Below are positions 9,908 through 18,980 of a stretch of DNA of 64,000 nt, piece after piece. The notes below the pieces were generated by a model. That model did no database searches. It was not told the origin of the DNA and saw nothing but the letters and a program-made list of their open reading frames with translations. The stretch covers positions 24-64,023 of the forward strand of contig JAXDBU010000187.1 in the NCBI GenBank assembly GCA_034678485.1, read 5' to 3'. Position 1 is the first letter of the stretch, and every line of letters begins with the position of its first letter. The DNA is from Sedimentisphaerales bacterium (GTDB taxonomy: Bacteria > Planctomycetota > Phycisphaerae > Sedimentisphaerales > Anaerobacaceae). A program made the position numbers and the translations under genes.

Positions 9908-10095
9908 ATTCGTCTCGGATACAGCGCCCCACAATTGTTGCCACGGCGATCACACGCCGTCTTATTTTTGCAGCTTACTGAGCGTAAGCGAAGGATACAA
10001 GCGCGACTTGATGAACGCCGGGACGGATTGTCGGTGAATCTGGGCCAATGCTTGAACCGAAGCTCTCGCTCTCCAGCCGTCCCGCTGTCAACCAT

Positions 10096-11418
10096 TCAGA
10101 CTCTTTGGATGGGCACATTCGCCGGTGCTCGCTCGACGGCCTCACTCAAAACGGCCAAGGCATCCGTCAATTTCTTGAGTTCCTCGGAAGTCGCCACCGG
10201 CACGCGCGAGTCCCCCCGATTCTCCAACGCATCGACGATCCGCTTGATGGTAAGCATCTCCACGTCACGAGCAGGCTGATACAGGACTTCTTTGTCTTCC
10301 TCTCGTTTTCGTATTTCGGACAGGACATTCGCTTCGACCAACTCCTGCAGTATTTGACGAACCAGACGAATGGGAATTTCCAGAGCCCGTGAAATCTCCG
10401 AAGCATCCCAGGCGGATTCTCCCGCACAGAACCTCTTCACGACCAGTTTGGCGATAAGCAGAGAAAGCAATATCCTGCGCGAGTGGCTGATCGACAGACA
10501 GTCCGGCTCGAACTCATAGGTCTGCACGTTCTGGACCGCAAAGGCAATTTCTGCCCCCAGCAGGAGGATGAGCCAACTCATCTGCAGCCAAACGAGGAAC
10601 AGGGGCAGAGCCGCAAAACTTCCGTAGATGGCGCCATATTGGGCCGCGCCAATCTGAAGGTTGATGTAAGCCCACTGGACTAACTGGAAGAGCGTGCCTG
10701 CCACAATGCCTGCAACCAAGCCGGACTTCAACTTCACCTTGGTGTTCGGCATGAAGATGAATATAAACGTGAAGGTGACCCACAGAGTGCAATAGGGCAG
10801 GAGTCTCAGCGGCAGCAGCAGCACGGGTCCCAGCGAATTCAGAGAGGGGATCTTCTCCAGCAGCAGTCGTACCTGGCTGCTCACGACAACCGTCGCGCTG
10901 CCCGCGACCACCATAAGAATCGGGCACACAAGGATGAGAGAGAAGTAGTCGCTGAGTTTGCGTCCCAGACTGCGGGGCTTGGTGACTCCCCAAATCTCGT
11001 TAAAGGAATGCTCGATGTTGCCCAGGACCTTGATCACGCTCCAGAATAGGATCATGACCCCCACGCCCGCCACCAGTCCTCCCTGGGCGTTCTCCAGAAG
11101 AGAATTGGCGAAGGCGACGATCCTCTGCGCCACCTCCTCTTGTCCCTGGAACCTCGCCAGGATTTCGGTTTCCACGCGCTTTTCGAGCCCAAATCCCTTG
11201 GCGATGCCGAACAGCATGGCAATAACCGGGACGATCGACAGCAGGGAATAGAAGGTCAATGCCGACGCCCGGAACTTGCAGCTGTCCTCTCGGTACCCTC
11301 GCAGGGCAAGGGTGATAATGCGCAGTTGTTGGAGCAGGAGGGACTTCGTACGCGGATAATCCGCGAGTCGGATTCTCCAGATATCAGTATTGAGATAACT
11401 ATTGACTTTGGTCAACAT
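10096..11418 (-). CDS. YihY/BrkB-family inner-membrane protein with a C-terminal winged-helix-like extension
   Basis: FRASALTFYSLLSIVPVIAML...GSFAALPLFLVWLQMSWLILLLGAEIAF is the characteristic YihY core. About 130 aa of soluble tail follows. Confidence 0.85.
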   Translation of the reverse strand: MLTKVNSYLNTDIWRIRLADYPRTKSLLLQQLRIITLALRGYREDSCKFRASALTFYSLLSIVPVIAMLFGIAKGFGLEKRVETEILARFQGQEEVAQRIVAFANSLLENAQGGLVAGVGVMILFWSVIKVLGNIEHSFNEIWGVTKPRSLGRKLSDYFSLILVCPILMVVAGSATVVVSSQVRLLLEKIPSLNSLGPVLLLPLRLLPYCTLWVTFTFIFIFMPNTKVKLKSGLVAGIVAGTLFQLVQWAYINLQIGAAQYGAIYGSFAALPLFLVWLQMSWLILLLGAEIAFAVQNVQTYEFEPDCLSISHSRRILLSLLIAKLVVKRFCAGESAWDASEISRALEIPIRLVRQILQELVEANVLSEIRKREEDKEVLYQPARDVEMLTIKRIVDALENRGDSRVPVATSEELKKLTDALAVLSEAVERAPANVPIQRV

Positions 11419-11501
11419 GCTTCATTGCTCCTTTGGGCCTCTGGTCGGCATATCCTATCACCATCGTGGAGGGGTCTTCAAGCTTCAATGCCATACAAAC
11501 G

Positions 11502-12008
11502 CTATCGCGAAGGATGGCACGATGACGGGGCAGGCGGGCTTTGCATGTGCTCAACTGCATTTCGATTTGTTGACAGCCAATCGGCAACAGGCAACTGCTG
11601 GATCGCCTGTCGCAACACCGGATCGACGTTGGTATACACGTCGTTTGTCAACCGCGGACTGGAGTGTTCGAGCAACCGTTGCGTCACTGCGATCGACACA
11701 CCTCTTTGTGCCAGGAGAGAGGCGAACGTCTTACGCAGGTCGTGGAATCTCAGATCAGGCAGCTTCATAGTCTTCCGCAACTTCTCCCATTTCTTGGGAC
11801 TGAATCTATCGGTGAAGAGCTTCTCCCAACCATCTGAGAGGATGGCGACGTAGTTCGACAATTCCATCATGACCTCCGGAGGGACTGGGCGTTCCGGCAT
11901 CGCTTTGCCGGCCGTGCGGTTACGCGTCGAGATAGTGTTGCCTCCCTCATACCATCCGCACCACCATCCCTTGATGTGCTTACGTTTGTACACCCATGGC
12001 CTTCTCAT
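11502..12008 (-). pseudogene. Tyrosine recombinase (phage integrase family), internally deleted
   Basis: An N-terminal arm (MRRPWVYKRKHIKGWWCGWYEGG) is joined directly to the C-terminal catalytic part (RFHDLRKTFASLLAQRGVSIAVTQRLLEHSSPRLTNDVYTNV). The SAM-like domain and the box-I Arg region are missing, leaving only about 169 aa. Confidence 0.65.
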
Positions 12009-12329
12009 AGCCTCCATCATATCGGCAGTTTTAGCCCCGCAGTCCGGCGACGCGACGCAATCGCGTTGTGGATGGAGACAAAGCGGAGACATAACGGGTA
12101 TCGAGAAGGCTGCGGCCGCCGCAAACGTAGGCACCAAAAGGCTTTATGAGAATCGGCCCTCAGGGGAAAAGGGACAACCCGTACGATTGCCTCCTATCTC
12201 CAGTATTCAATGCCATTGATGCCGCGGCCCGGCCGTGGTTACCTCGCGGGCGAACAATGGTTTCCTCTTGAGTTACTCAGCTACTTGGGACGATTTCGGA
12301 AACGCCTCATCCTCTGTTGGAGAACATCC

Positions 12330-12584
12330 TCGATCTGCTGGCTAATGGCGGTGGAGCCCTGCCTTTTCAGCGTGCCTTCGTTCAGGAAGACCCCCTCTAT
12401 GCCCGTGGTTCTATAGACTTGCATCTTGTGTTCCGGACGGGAGCAGGGGATCTTCCATCTGCCGGCCGAGGCGTCGGCGTGTCTGAAGATCGACGTGCCG
12501 CGGCTGACGCTGATCCTGGAGGGGCTGGACCTCTCGGGGGCGCATCAGAACAAGCGGTTCCGCGTTCCGGCTGCCGTGCAATGA
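12330..12584 (+). pseudogene. tnpB: IS66-family orf2 (TnpB) remnant, frameshifted
   Basis: Two frames carry pieces of the TnpB pattern: ...FVQEDPLYARGSIDLHLVFRTGAGD... and ...REQGIFHLPAEASACLKIDVPRLTLILEGLDLSGAHQNKRFRV*. Compare the TnpB consensus DPlsG.lFvF.nrr.d / kRLE.G.F..P...l....L..lLeGiD. Confidence 0.5.
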
Positions 12585-12649
12585 ATTAGTCTATCTATTT
12601 CAAGTAGATAATGCTGGACCGGTCGTGACATCGGCGGTATCCTCGGTTC

Positions 12650-13141
12650 GTGGTTTCGAACGGATCGACACAATTCGATGGATCGCACGTCCTGGATGCT
12701 CACACGCCGGCCGATCAACTGCCGGAAGATCCCCGCGTGCTTCGCGAGATGGTGCTGCACCTCCTGGCCAACGTCGACAGCCTCCAGCAGGAGTTGCTCT
12801 GGTACAAACGGCACTTGTTCGGCCGCCGCACGGAGAAGCTCGATCCCGATCAGCAGATGCTGTTCGATCTGCTGGAGCAGAAGATCCAGCAGCAGACTGC
12901 CGAGCCCAAGCCTGCCGCTCCCAAACCGGCGGCGACGAAGCCCTCCGCTCGCAACGGCCGCGTTCCGTTGCCCAAGCATCTTCCCCGTGAACGGACGGAG
13001 TACCATCCGCCGCAGGAGGCTCTGGCTTGTCCACTGTGCGGCCAGGCCAAGGAGCGGATGGGCGAGGAGATCACCGAACAGCTGGACTACGTTCCGGCCA
13101 GCTTCAGCGACCATCAGGCGCGCGCCAGAGTGCGCGCCTGA
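12650..13141 (+). pseudogene. tnpC: IS66-family transposase (TnpC), N-terminal fragment
   Basis: LPEDPRVLREMVLHLLANVDSLQQELLWYKRHLFGRRTEKL...CPLCGQAKERMGEEITEQLDYVPASF is the leucine-zipper plus zinc-finger N-terminus of IS66 TnpC. The DDE catalytic part is absent. Confidence 0.7.
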
Positions 13142-13154
13142 CATGTACGTCTGG

Positions 13155-13193
13155 CCTTCGTTTCACCTTCGGCTGACCTTCGCTTGATCTTCA
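13155..13193 (+). repeat. Three to four tandem 11-nt iteron-like repeats (CCTTCG-N5)
   Basis: CCTTCG occurs at 13155, 13166 and 13177, with a degenerate TCTTCA at 13188. The period is exactly 11 nt. Confidence 0.55.
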
Positions 13194-13258
13194 TAAGTCT
13201 TTATTTGACAACGGTTAATCGTTCTGCCACAAGGACTTACAAAGAGCCTCCGTCACAC

Positions 13259-13299
13259 TGAAAATCCGTGTGTCGCCGGTTCAACTCCGGCCCTGCCCA
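13259..13299 (+). other. 3' fragment of tRNA-Phe(GAA): att-site-like remnant, not a functional tRNA
   Basis: TGAAAATCC-GTGTGTC-GCCGG-TTCAACT-CCGGC-CCTGCCCA covers the anticodon-loop 3' side, variable loop, T-arm and 3' acceptor strand. No matching 5' half (GGGCAGG.., D-arm) exists upstream. Confidence 0.6.
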
Positions 13300-13590
13300 T
13301 TCGGCAAGTCGTTATCAGGCAAGCATTTACGAATGCCTGCCTTTTTTGATGCCTGTGAAGATGGGCAATTACAGCACTTTTGCAGCAGTTTTTGGCATAG
13401 GCCTCGCTCCGTCGCCCGCCTCGCACGCTGCACCAGATCGTCCCGGACACGCAGGTAGAACCGGTGCGTTGTCCGAAAACCCGCATGCCCGGCGAGCTTC
13501 ATCACATCGAATTCGCTCATGCCTTCCTCGAATCAGTTGCAGATCGCAGTCCGCCTCAGGTCGTGGAACTCACCGGCACTGGCGGAAGGC
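13281..13590 (-). pseudogene. Tyrosine recombinase C-terminal fragment with an in-frame TGA
   Basis: Hand translation: PSASAGEFHDLRRTAICN*FEEGMSEFDVMKLAGHAGFRTTHRFYLRVRDDL. HxLR, GH and the catalytic Tyr are present. The TGA lies at 13535-13533. The reading frame opens just below 13590 after a stop codon, and nothing of the integrase lies beyond it. Confidence 0.6.
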
Positions 13591-13922
13591 CTTTACGATA
13601 AACGGGTTATGTATATGCCGGGGCCGACTGAGAGCTGCATGTCTCCGGTTCAGGATCGGCAGAGAACCAGTCCATAGCAGATTCGCCGGGACAACGGTTG
13701 ACCTGCACCCCGGCGCGCCGATATACTCTCTGGGAAAACGAAAGGGGAGCGAGTGTTTCTGGAACGGTCAACGTAGGCTGGTCTTGCTGAACACGTGCCC
13801 GATTCTGTGATGCGGGCCCACTGACAGAGTACTTGCAGGCTTTCTGCTGCTGATATGTGGTATAGGCCTCCCGTAGAGACGTCGGGGTCGAGAACCCGTA
13901 AGCTGTTAACCGCAAGGCCAAA

Positions 13923-16900
13923 ATGGAAGTGCTTGTCCATGAGCATCTCTATCGTGCCGTGATCTGCTTCGTCATAGGGGCGGCGACGGGAGTGAATCAT
14001 GCCCAGAATCGCGTCCTCCAGTTGGATGGTGGGGGGGACTATGTCCAGCTCCCCAGTAGTGCCGTCCAGGACCTTGATGAGGCCACGGTTGAATCCTGGG
14101 TGAAATGGGAGGAGTTCGGGTACTACTCCCAAGCATGGGGCTTTGGCTCCGGCCAGACCTGGAATGTCATGTGCCTGACCACCCGGGAGTACTCGAACTC
14201 GCTACAGTTCTTCATCTACGAGAGACAGAGACTGCACAGAATCCTGGTACCTGATGTGTTGCGCCAGAACCAGTGGTGCCACATAGCCGCTGTGTCCGGT
14301 CCTGCAGGGATGCATCTGTATCTGAATGGCGTATTGATTGGACAGCACGAATACCAGGGAAGTTTCTCTGCCATACCGCTTGGGGAGGGTGCCTATTTAG
14401 GCAGGAGCCAGTGGCCCTCCAATACGGACTTTCACGGCCAACTGGATGAGATTCGCACGTGGGACGTGGCACGTACGGCGGAACAGATCAACGCTTCGAT
14501 GTTCACGCATTTGAAGCGTGGGGAAGCCCATCTGGTTGGCCTGTGGACTTTCGACTCCGATGATGCAGCAGACGCAAGCGGGCATGGGCATGACGGAGTT
14601 CTTAGGGGGGATGCTCGGTGCGTAGAGGCTGATCTGCCAACGCCGGGTGAGTTGGCCCGGCCCTCTGTCGTTTCCGGGGAGGTTACGGACGAGGCTGGGA
14701 CTCGTCTGGCAGACGCCAGCATAGCCTTGGCACACGATATGCGTGTTGTCGCGGCAACCAGAACAGACGGCGCCGGACGCTACAAGATCGTGTTCTATCC
14801 TGATCTGCCTGTCTATGATCTGACGGCCACATGGGGTGACAAAGCCGAATGGCGCCAGGGGCTGGAAGTCGTCCCAGGGCAGTGCCATGAGATGAACCTG
14901 ACGCCACGCACCGCCGTGAGTCTCACAGGGACTGTTGTGGCCTATGATGGCTCACCACACCCGGCTGTTGTCATCCAAGCTGTGCCGGCCACCGAGTCCG
15001 GGCCGCCAGCAAATCCGACGGCCGTTCAGAGTGATGAGCGGGGTCATTTCCAGTTCATCAATCTGAGGCCGGGACCATACCGAGTGCGGTGCTATGTTGG
15101 AGATCGGTATGTGTACTACGCTACGACGAACACCCTCTCGACTGCCTCGCCCGGCGATGTCCTCCAGGTGGAGCAGGGTAGAGCGGTTCAGGACGTCGAT
15201 ATGCGCATTGCGCCGTTCAAGAAGGGCTTGTGGCGAACTTACACTTACCTCGACGGTCTGGCGGATGACTACGTGGGTGCCATTGAGAGCGATACGACGG
15301 GGCGGATCTGGTTTGGAACACCGACTGGGCTGTCTGTGTTCGACGGCAGGGTGTTTACCACCTTCACCCAGAAGGACGGACTGGTCTCGAACGGGGTCAA
15401 TACGATCTGTCCGGACTCCGAAGGCAGGTTGTGGATCGGTACTGAGAATGGACTGTCCCTGTATGATGGCAGGACGTTTGCGAATTTTACAGCCCGGAAT
15501 GGCCTGATGGGCAAGATAGTCCGCAGCCTGTTCCAGGACTCGCAGGGCAGGATTTGGATTGGCACAGATGAGGGTTTGTCACGATACGATGGTGGCAAGC
15601 TCATAATCTGCGCGGACCGCGAGAATCTGCCCGGGAATAGCAGCGTGAATGCAATTGTCGAGGCGGGAGACGGGAACCTATGGTTGGGAACCGGAACCGG
15701 CCTGGTGCATTACGACGGACGACATTTCCGCACCCTCACAGCGGATGATGGATTGGTGTGCGACACCGTTCGTGCGCTGTACCGAGATCATCGGGGCGTT
15801 CTGTGGATCGGGACCCTTCAGGGACTCTCCAGTTATGATGGGCGGACATTTGTGAATTACACGGTCGCCGACGGCCTGGCGCACGACAAGGTCAACTCGA
15901 TAGAAGGAGAGGCAGATGACAGACTCTGGCTCGCCACGGATCACGGCGTCTCTCTCTACGACGGCCAGGGCTTCGTCACGCTCTCTCCATCGGATGGCTT
16001 GGCCTATTGGCCGGTGGGAGCCGTGCATCGAGATCCCCACGGCGCCGTCTGGTTCGGCACGATTCTCGGGGGCGTTTCCCGCTACGACGACAGCAGCCTT
16101 GTCAGCTTCACCATTCGGGATGGCCTTGCCGGCAATGCGGTCCATGCGATCTCAGAGGAACCGAAAGGTACTCTCTGGCTGGGGACCAGCGGTGGCCCCA
16201 CGCGGTATGAAGGACGGAGATTCACCAGTTTTGCCGGCCGAGACGGCCTGCCGGATGAGCCGATCACGAGCCTGTACCGCACGCCGGATGGGGTCCTCTG
16301 GTTTGGCACCAGGGACAGCGGATTGCATCGATATGAGGGCGGCTCCACCAGAGCCATCAACAGCGCGTATGGGTTCGTGGACGCGCATATCACCACCATC
16401 TGCCGGGGGCACGACGGATGGCTATGGGTGGGTCACAGTGCCTGGGGCATCTCCCGCGTGGATCCTGCGGCGCTGACCGTCGAGTCGCTCCCGCTTCCCA
16501 GGGGATTGACGAATATCCACACGCGATCCATCTATCCCGCTGAGGATGGGACCACCTGGATCGGTACGTTGGGGTCGGGACTTCTGCGCTATGACGGGCG
16601 GCAGTGTACGCATTTCACCACTGAGGATGGGCTGCTGAACATGCAGGTTGAGATGATCCGCCCGGGGTTGGATGGGATGCTATGGCTGGCGACGAAGGAC
16701 GGTATCTCCCGGTATGACGGAAGGCGGTTCGTCAATCTGACGATGCAGGACGGATTGCCGGATGACTACATCACGACGATGTTCCAGGACCGCCAGGGCA
16801 AGTTCTGGCTGGGTACTCAATCGGCCGGCGTGATCGCGTATGACGGAACGACCTTCTCCACCCTGGATACGCGCGACGGCTTGGCGAGCAATACGGTCTA

Positions 16901-18980
16901 CGCGATCTGTCAAGACCAGGAAGGCGTACTATGGTTCGGAACCGAACGAGGGCTTTCGCGCTATCACACTCGGATTGCCTTGCCCCATGTCGGGATTGTC
17001 ACTTTACAGGCAGATCGTCGATTCGCCGACCTGACCGAGATCCCCTCGCTGACCTCGGGTCGGCGCCTGAGCGTTTCCTACCGGGCCCAGGATTTCACTA
17101 CCTTGCCGGAGAAGCAACAGTATCGGGTGCAGATCCGCAGGGCAGGGGAAAGCCTAACGCATACGAGTGAAGCCGCAGTTCCGGCGAGCAGCTCCCTCGT
17201 GAGCTCCCCCACCAGAGCCACGGTTTTCGATTGGACGCCGAAGGAACGGGGTACCTTTGTGTTCGAAGTGCAGGCCGTGGATCGGGATCTCAACTACTCT
17301 GAGCCTGCCCGGCTCACTCTGCACGTGGTTCCGCCGGCGTACCTGAATGCCAGGATCGTCATCCCCTCTGCCGCGGGCCTGCTTGGTTTGCTCGGCATCC
17401 TGACCTTCCTGGGCACGGGCGTGATTGCCCATCGCCGCAAGGCCAGGCAACTCCCAGTCCAGTTGCTTGAGAATGAACGCCAAAGAAATGTGCTCCTGCA
17501 AGGGGCACGGGACGCCGCGGAAACGGCCAATCAGGCCAAGAGCCTCTTCCTGGCGAACATGAGCCACGATATCCGGACCCCTTTGAATGCGATTCTGGGC
17601 TATGCGCAGATCCTGCTGCGCAAGCCGGACCTGCCGGCCGACACACGCAGGGCAGTATCCACCATCGCCGAAAGCGGCAATCACCTGCTGTCGCTGATTA
17701 ATGACATCCTGGACATCTCCCGGATAGAGGCCGGACGACTGGAGCTGACTCCAACAGATTTCAACCTGGCGTATTTCATCGAAGGTCTCTCCTCTGTATT
17801 TCGACCTCGCTGTGACCAGAAGGGGCTCAGTTTGCGTGTAGAGTGGGATGGACTGCTGAAGGAATCTGGAAGGCATGATTTGCTTTCACACCCCGTTCGC
17901 CGGATCATCCATGCCGACGAGGGCAAACTCCGTAAGATTCTCAGCAATCTGCTCTCCAACGCCGTAAAGTTCACGGACTCGGGCGAAGTCGTACTGAGAA
18001 TTGGCGAATTCCCCCAGGAGGCTATCCCGCCTTCGGGTGGAAACGCTCGTCTTTCGAGTCTGAGATTCGAGGTTCTGGATGCCGGCATCGGCATTCCTTT
18101 GGCAGACCAGGCGACTATTTTTGACACTTTCGCCCAAAGTGAGCAGGGACGCACCCGGGGCGGCACCGGACTCGGGCTGGCGATTGCCAAGCAGTGTGTG
18201 GAACTCATGGGCGGGTCCATAGGGATGGAATCCGCCCCCGGAAAGGGCTCGCATTTCTTCCTCACCGTGCCAGTTCAGCCGGAGACAGCGGCAACGGGAT
18301 CAGATGACTTGGCGTTCCGGCCTGGCGGTCGGCCTCGGGTCATGCGGCTGGCGGACGGCCAACGGGTCCGCGCGCTGGTCGCAGACGACATCCAGGAGAA
18401 TCGAGACGTGCTGGCACAACTGCTGAGGGATGTGGGAGCCACGGTGAGTACCGCTGCCAGCGGTAGGGAAGTCCTGGAAGCGGTGCGGGCGTCGTCCCTC
18501 GACATTGTCTTCATGGACATCCGCATGCCGGACACCGATGGTTTGACGGCAGCCCGGGAGATCCTCCGTATGGTGGCGCCGGGTCGTCCAAGGCTCGTAG
18601 CGGTCTCCGCTTCGGCCCTGCTCGAACAGCGGCGGGAATACCTGCAGGCAGGTTTCGAAGGATTTCTTCCCAAACCCATTGATGCTGAGCAACTTTACGC
18701 CCTGCTGGCACGGCTCTTGCAAGTGCAGTTTGATTATGGCGGACCCGAGGCGGGCATGGCACGTCTTGGGACGTTCTCTTTGCCCGGCGAACTGCTCTGC
18801 CGCCTCCGTGCAGCTACGGAGGCATACAACGCGACGGAGCTGACGCGCTGCCTGGAAAAAGTCGAGCGACTCGGTCCGGACGGTCGCGAGTTGGCCGAGC
18901 ACCTGCGCAACTGGATCGAGCGCAGCGAGCTCGACCAGGTCAGGTGCATCTTGGCGCAGGTTGAGAGTTCTCAGTCATGA
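13923..18980 (+). CDS. Hybrid sensor histidine kinase/response regulator with a LamG + CarboxypepD_reg-like + double beta-propeller (Reg_prop) + Y_Y_Y periplasmic sensor
   Basis: About 14 repeats of ~48 aa (..DG(L)....V.ai..D..G.lWiGT..GLsrYDG..F..) span roughly 15220-16975, followed by an Ig-like Y_Y_Y region and a TM helix (about 17340-17430). HisKA is [18 protein letters not shown] (His codon 17565-17567). HATPase_c and a REC domain ([13 protein letters not shown]) follow. Confidence 0.9.
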   Translation: MEVLVHEHLYRAVICFVIGAATGVNHAQNRVLQLDGGGDYVQLPSSAVQDLDEATVESWVKWEEFGYYSQAWGFGSGQTWNVMCLTTREYSNSLQFFIYERQRLHRILVPDVLRQNQWCHIAAVSGPAGMHLYLNGVLIGQHEYQGSFSAIPLGEGAYLGRSQWPSNTDFHGQLDEIRTWDVARTAEQINASMFTHLKRGEAHLVGLWTFDSDDAADASGHGHDGVLRGDARCVEADLPTPGELARPSVVSGEVTDEAGTRLADASIALAHDMRVVAATRTDGAGRYKIVFYPDLPVYDLTATWGDKAEWRQGLEVVPGQCHEMNLTPRTAVSLTGTVVAYDGSPHPAVVIQAVPATESGPPANPTAVQSDERGHFQFINLRPGPYRVRCYVGDRYVYYATTNTLSTASPGDVLQVEQGRAVQDVDMRIAPFKKGLWRTYTYLDGLADDYVGAIESDTTGRIWFGTPTGLSVFDGRVFTTFTQKDGLVSNGVNTICPDSEGRLWIGTENGLSLYDGRTFANFTARNGLMGKIVRSLFQDSQGRIWIGTDEGLSRYDGGKLIICADRENLPGNSSVNAIVEAGDGNLWLGTGTGLVHYDGRHFRTLTADDGLVCDTVRALYRDHRGVLWIGTLQGLSSYDGRTFVNYTVADGLAHDKVNSIEGEADDRLWLATDHGVSLYDGQGFVTLSPSDGLAYWPVGAVHRDPHGAVWFGTILGGVSRYDDSSLVSFTIRDGLAGNAVHAISEEPKGTLWLGTSGGPTRYEGRRFTSFAGRDGLPDEPITSLYRTPDGVLWFGTRDSGLHRYEGGSTRAINSAYGFVDAHITTICRGHDGWLWVGHSAWGISRVDPAALTVESLPLPRGLTNIHTRSIYPAEDGTTWIGTLGSGLLRYDGRQCTHFTTEDGLLNMQVEMIRPGLDGMLWLATKDGISRYDGRRFVNLTMQDGLPDDYITTMFQDRQGKFWLGTQSAGVIAYDGTTFSTLDTRDGLASNTVYAICQDQEGVLWFGTERGLSRYHTRIALPHVGIVTLQADRRFADLTEIPSLTSGRRLSVSYRAQDFTTLPEKQQYRVQIRRAGESLTHTSEAAVPASSSLVSSPTRATVFDWTPKERGTFVFEVQAVDRDLNYSEPARLTLHVVPPAYLNARIVIPSAAGLLGLLGILTFLGTGVIAHRRKARQLPVQLLENERQRNVLLQGARDAAETANQAKSLFLANMSHDIRTPLNAILGYAQILLRKPDLPADTRRAVSTIAESGNHLLSLINDILDISRIEAGRLELTPTDFNLAYFIEGLSSVFRPRCDQKGLSLRVEWDGLLKESGRHDLLSHPVRRIIHADEGKLRKILSNLLSNAVKFTDSGEVVLRIGEFPQEAIPPSGGNARLSSLRFEVLDAGIGIPLADQATIFDTFAQSEQGRTRGGTGLGLAIAKQCVELMGGSIGMESAPGKGSHFFLTVPVQPETAATGSDDLAFRPGGRPRVMRLADGQRVRALVADDIQENRDVLAQLLRDVGATVSTAASGREVLEAVRASSLDIVFMDIRMPDTDGLTAAREILRMVAPGRPRLVAVSASALLEQRREYLQAGFEGFLPKPIDAEQLYALLARLLQVQFDYGGPEAGMARLGTFSLPGELLCRLRAATEAYNATELTRCLEKVERLGPDGRELAEHLRNWIERSELDQVRCILAQVESSQS

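Noticed and set aside
9925-9960. TGGCAA-N5-GTGG on the minus strand upstream of the lipoprotein gene, as a sigma-54 promoter.
   Set aside because: The -12 GC is absent (it reads GG), and the element lies only about 25 nt from the ATG, inside the alternative longer ORF.
15220-16975. Regular ~144-nt periodicity (and ~70-nt periodicity at 62640-63400), considered as a CRISPR or tandem DNA repeat.
   Set aside because: The repeats are degenerate at DNA level, in frame, and correspond to protein repeats (Reg_prop blades and beta-helix rungs). There is no conserved direct repeat/spacer structure anywhere in the window.
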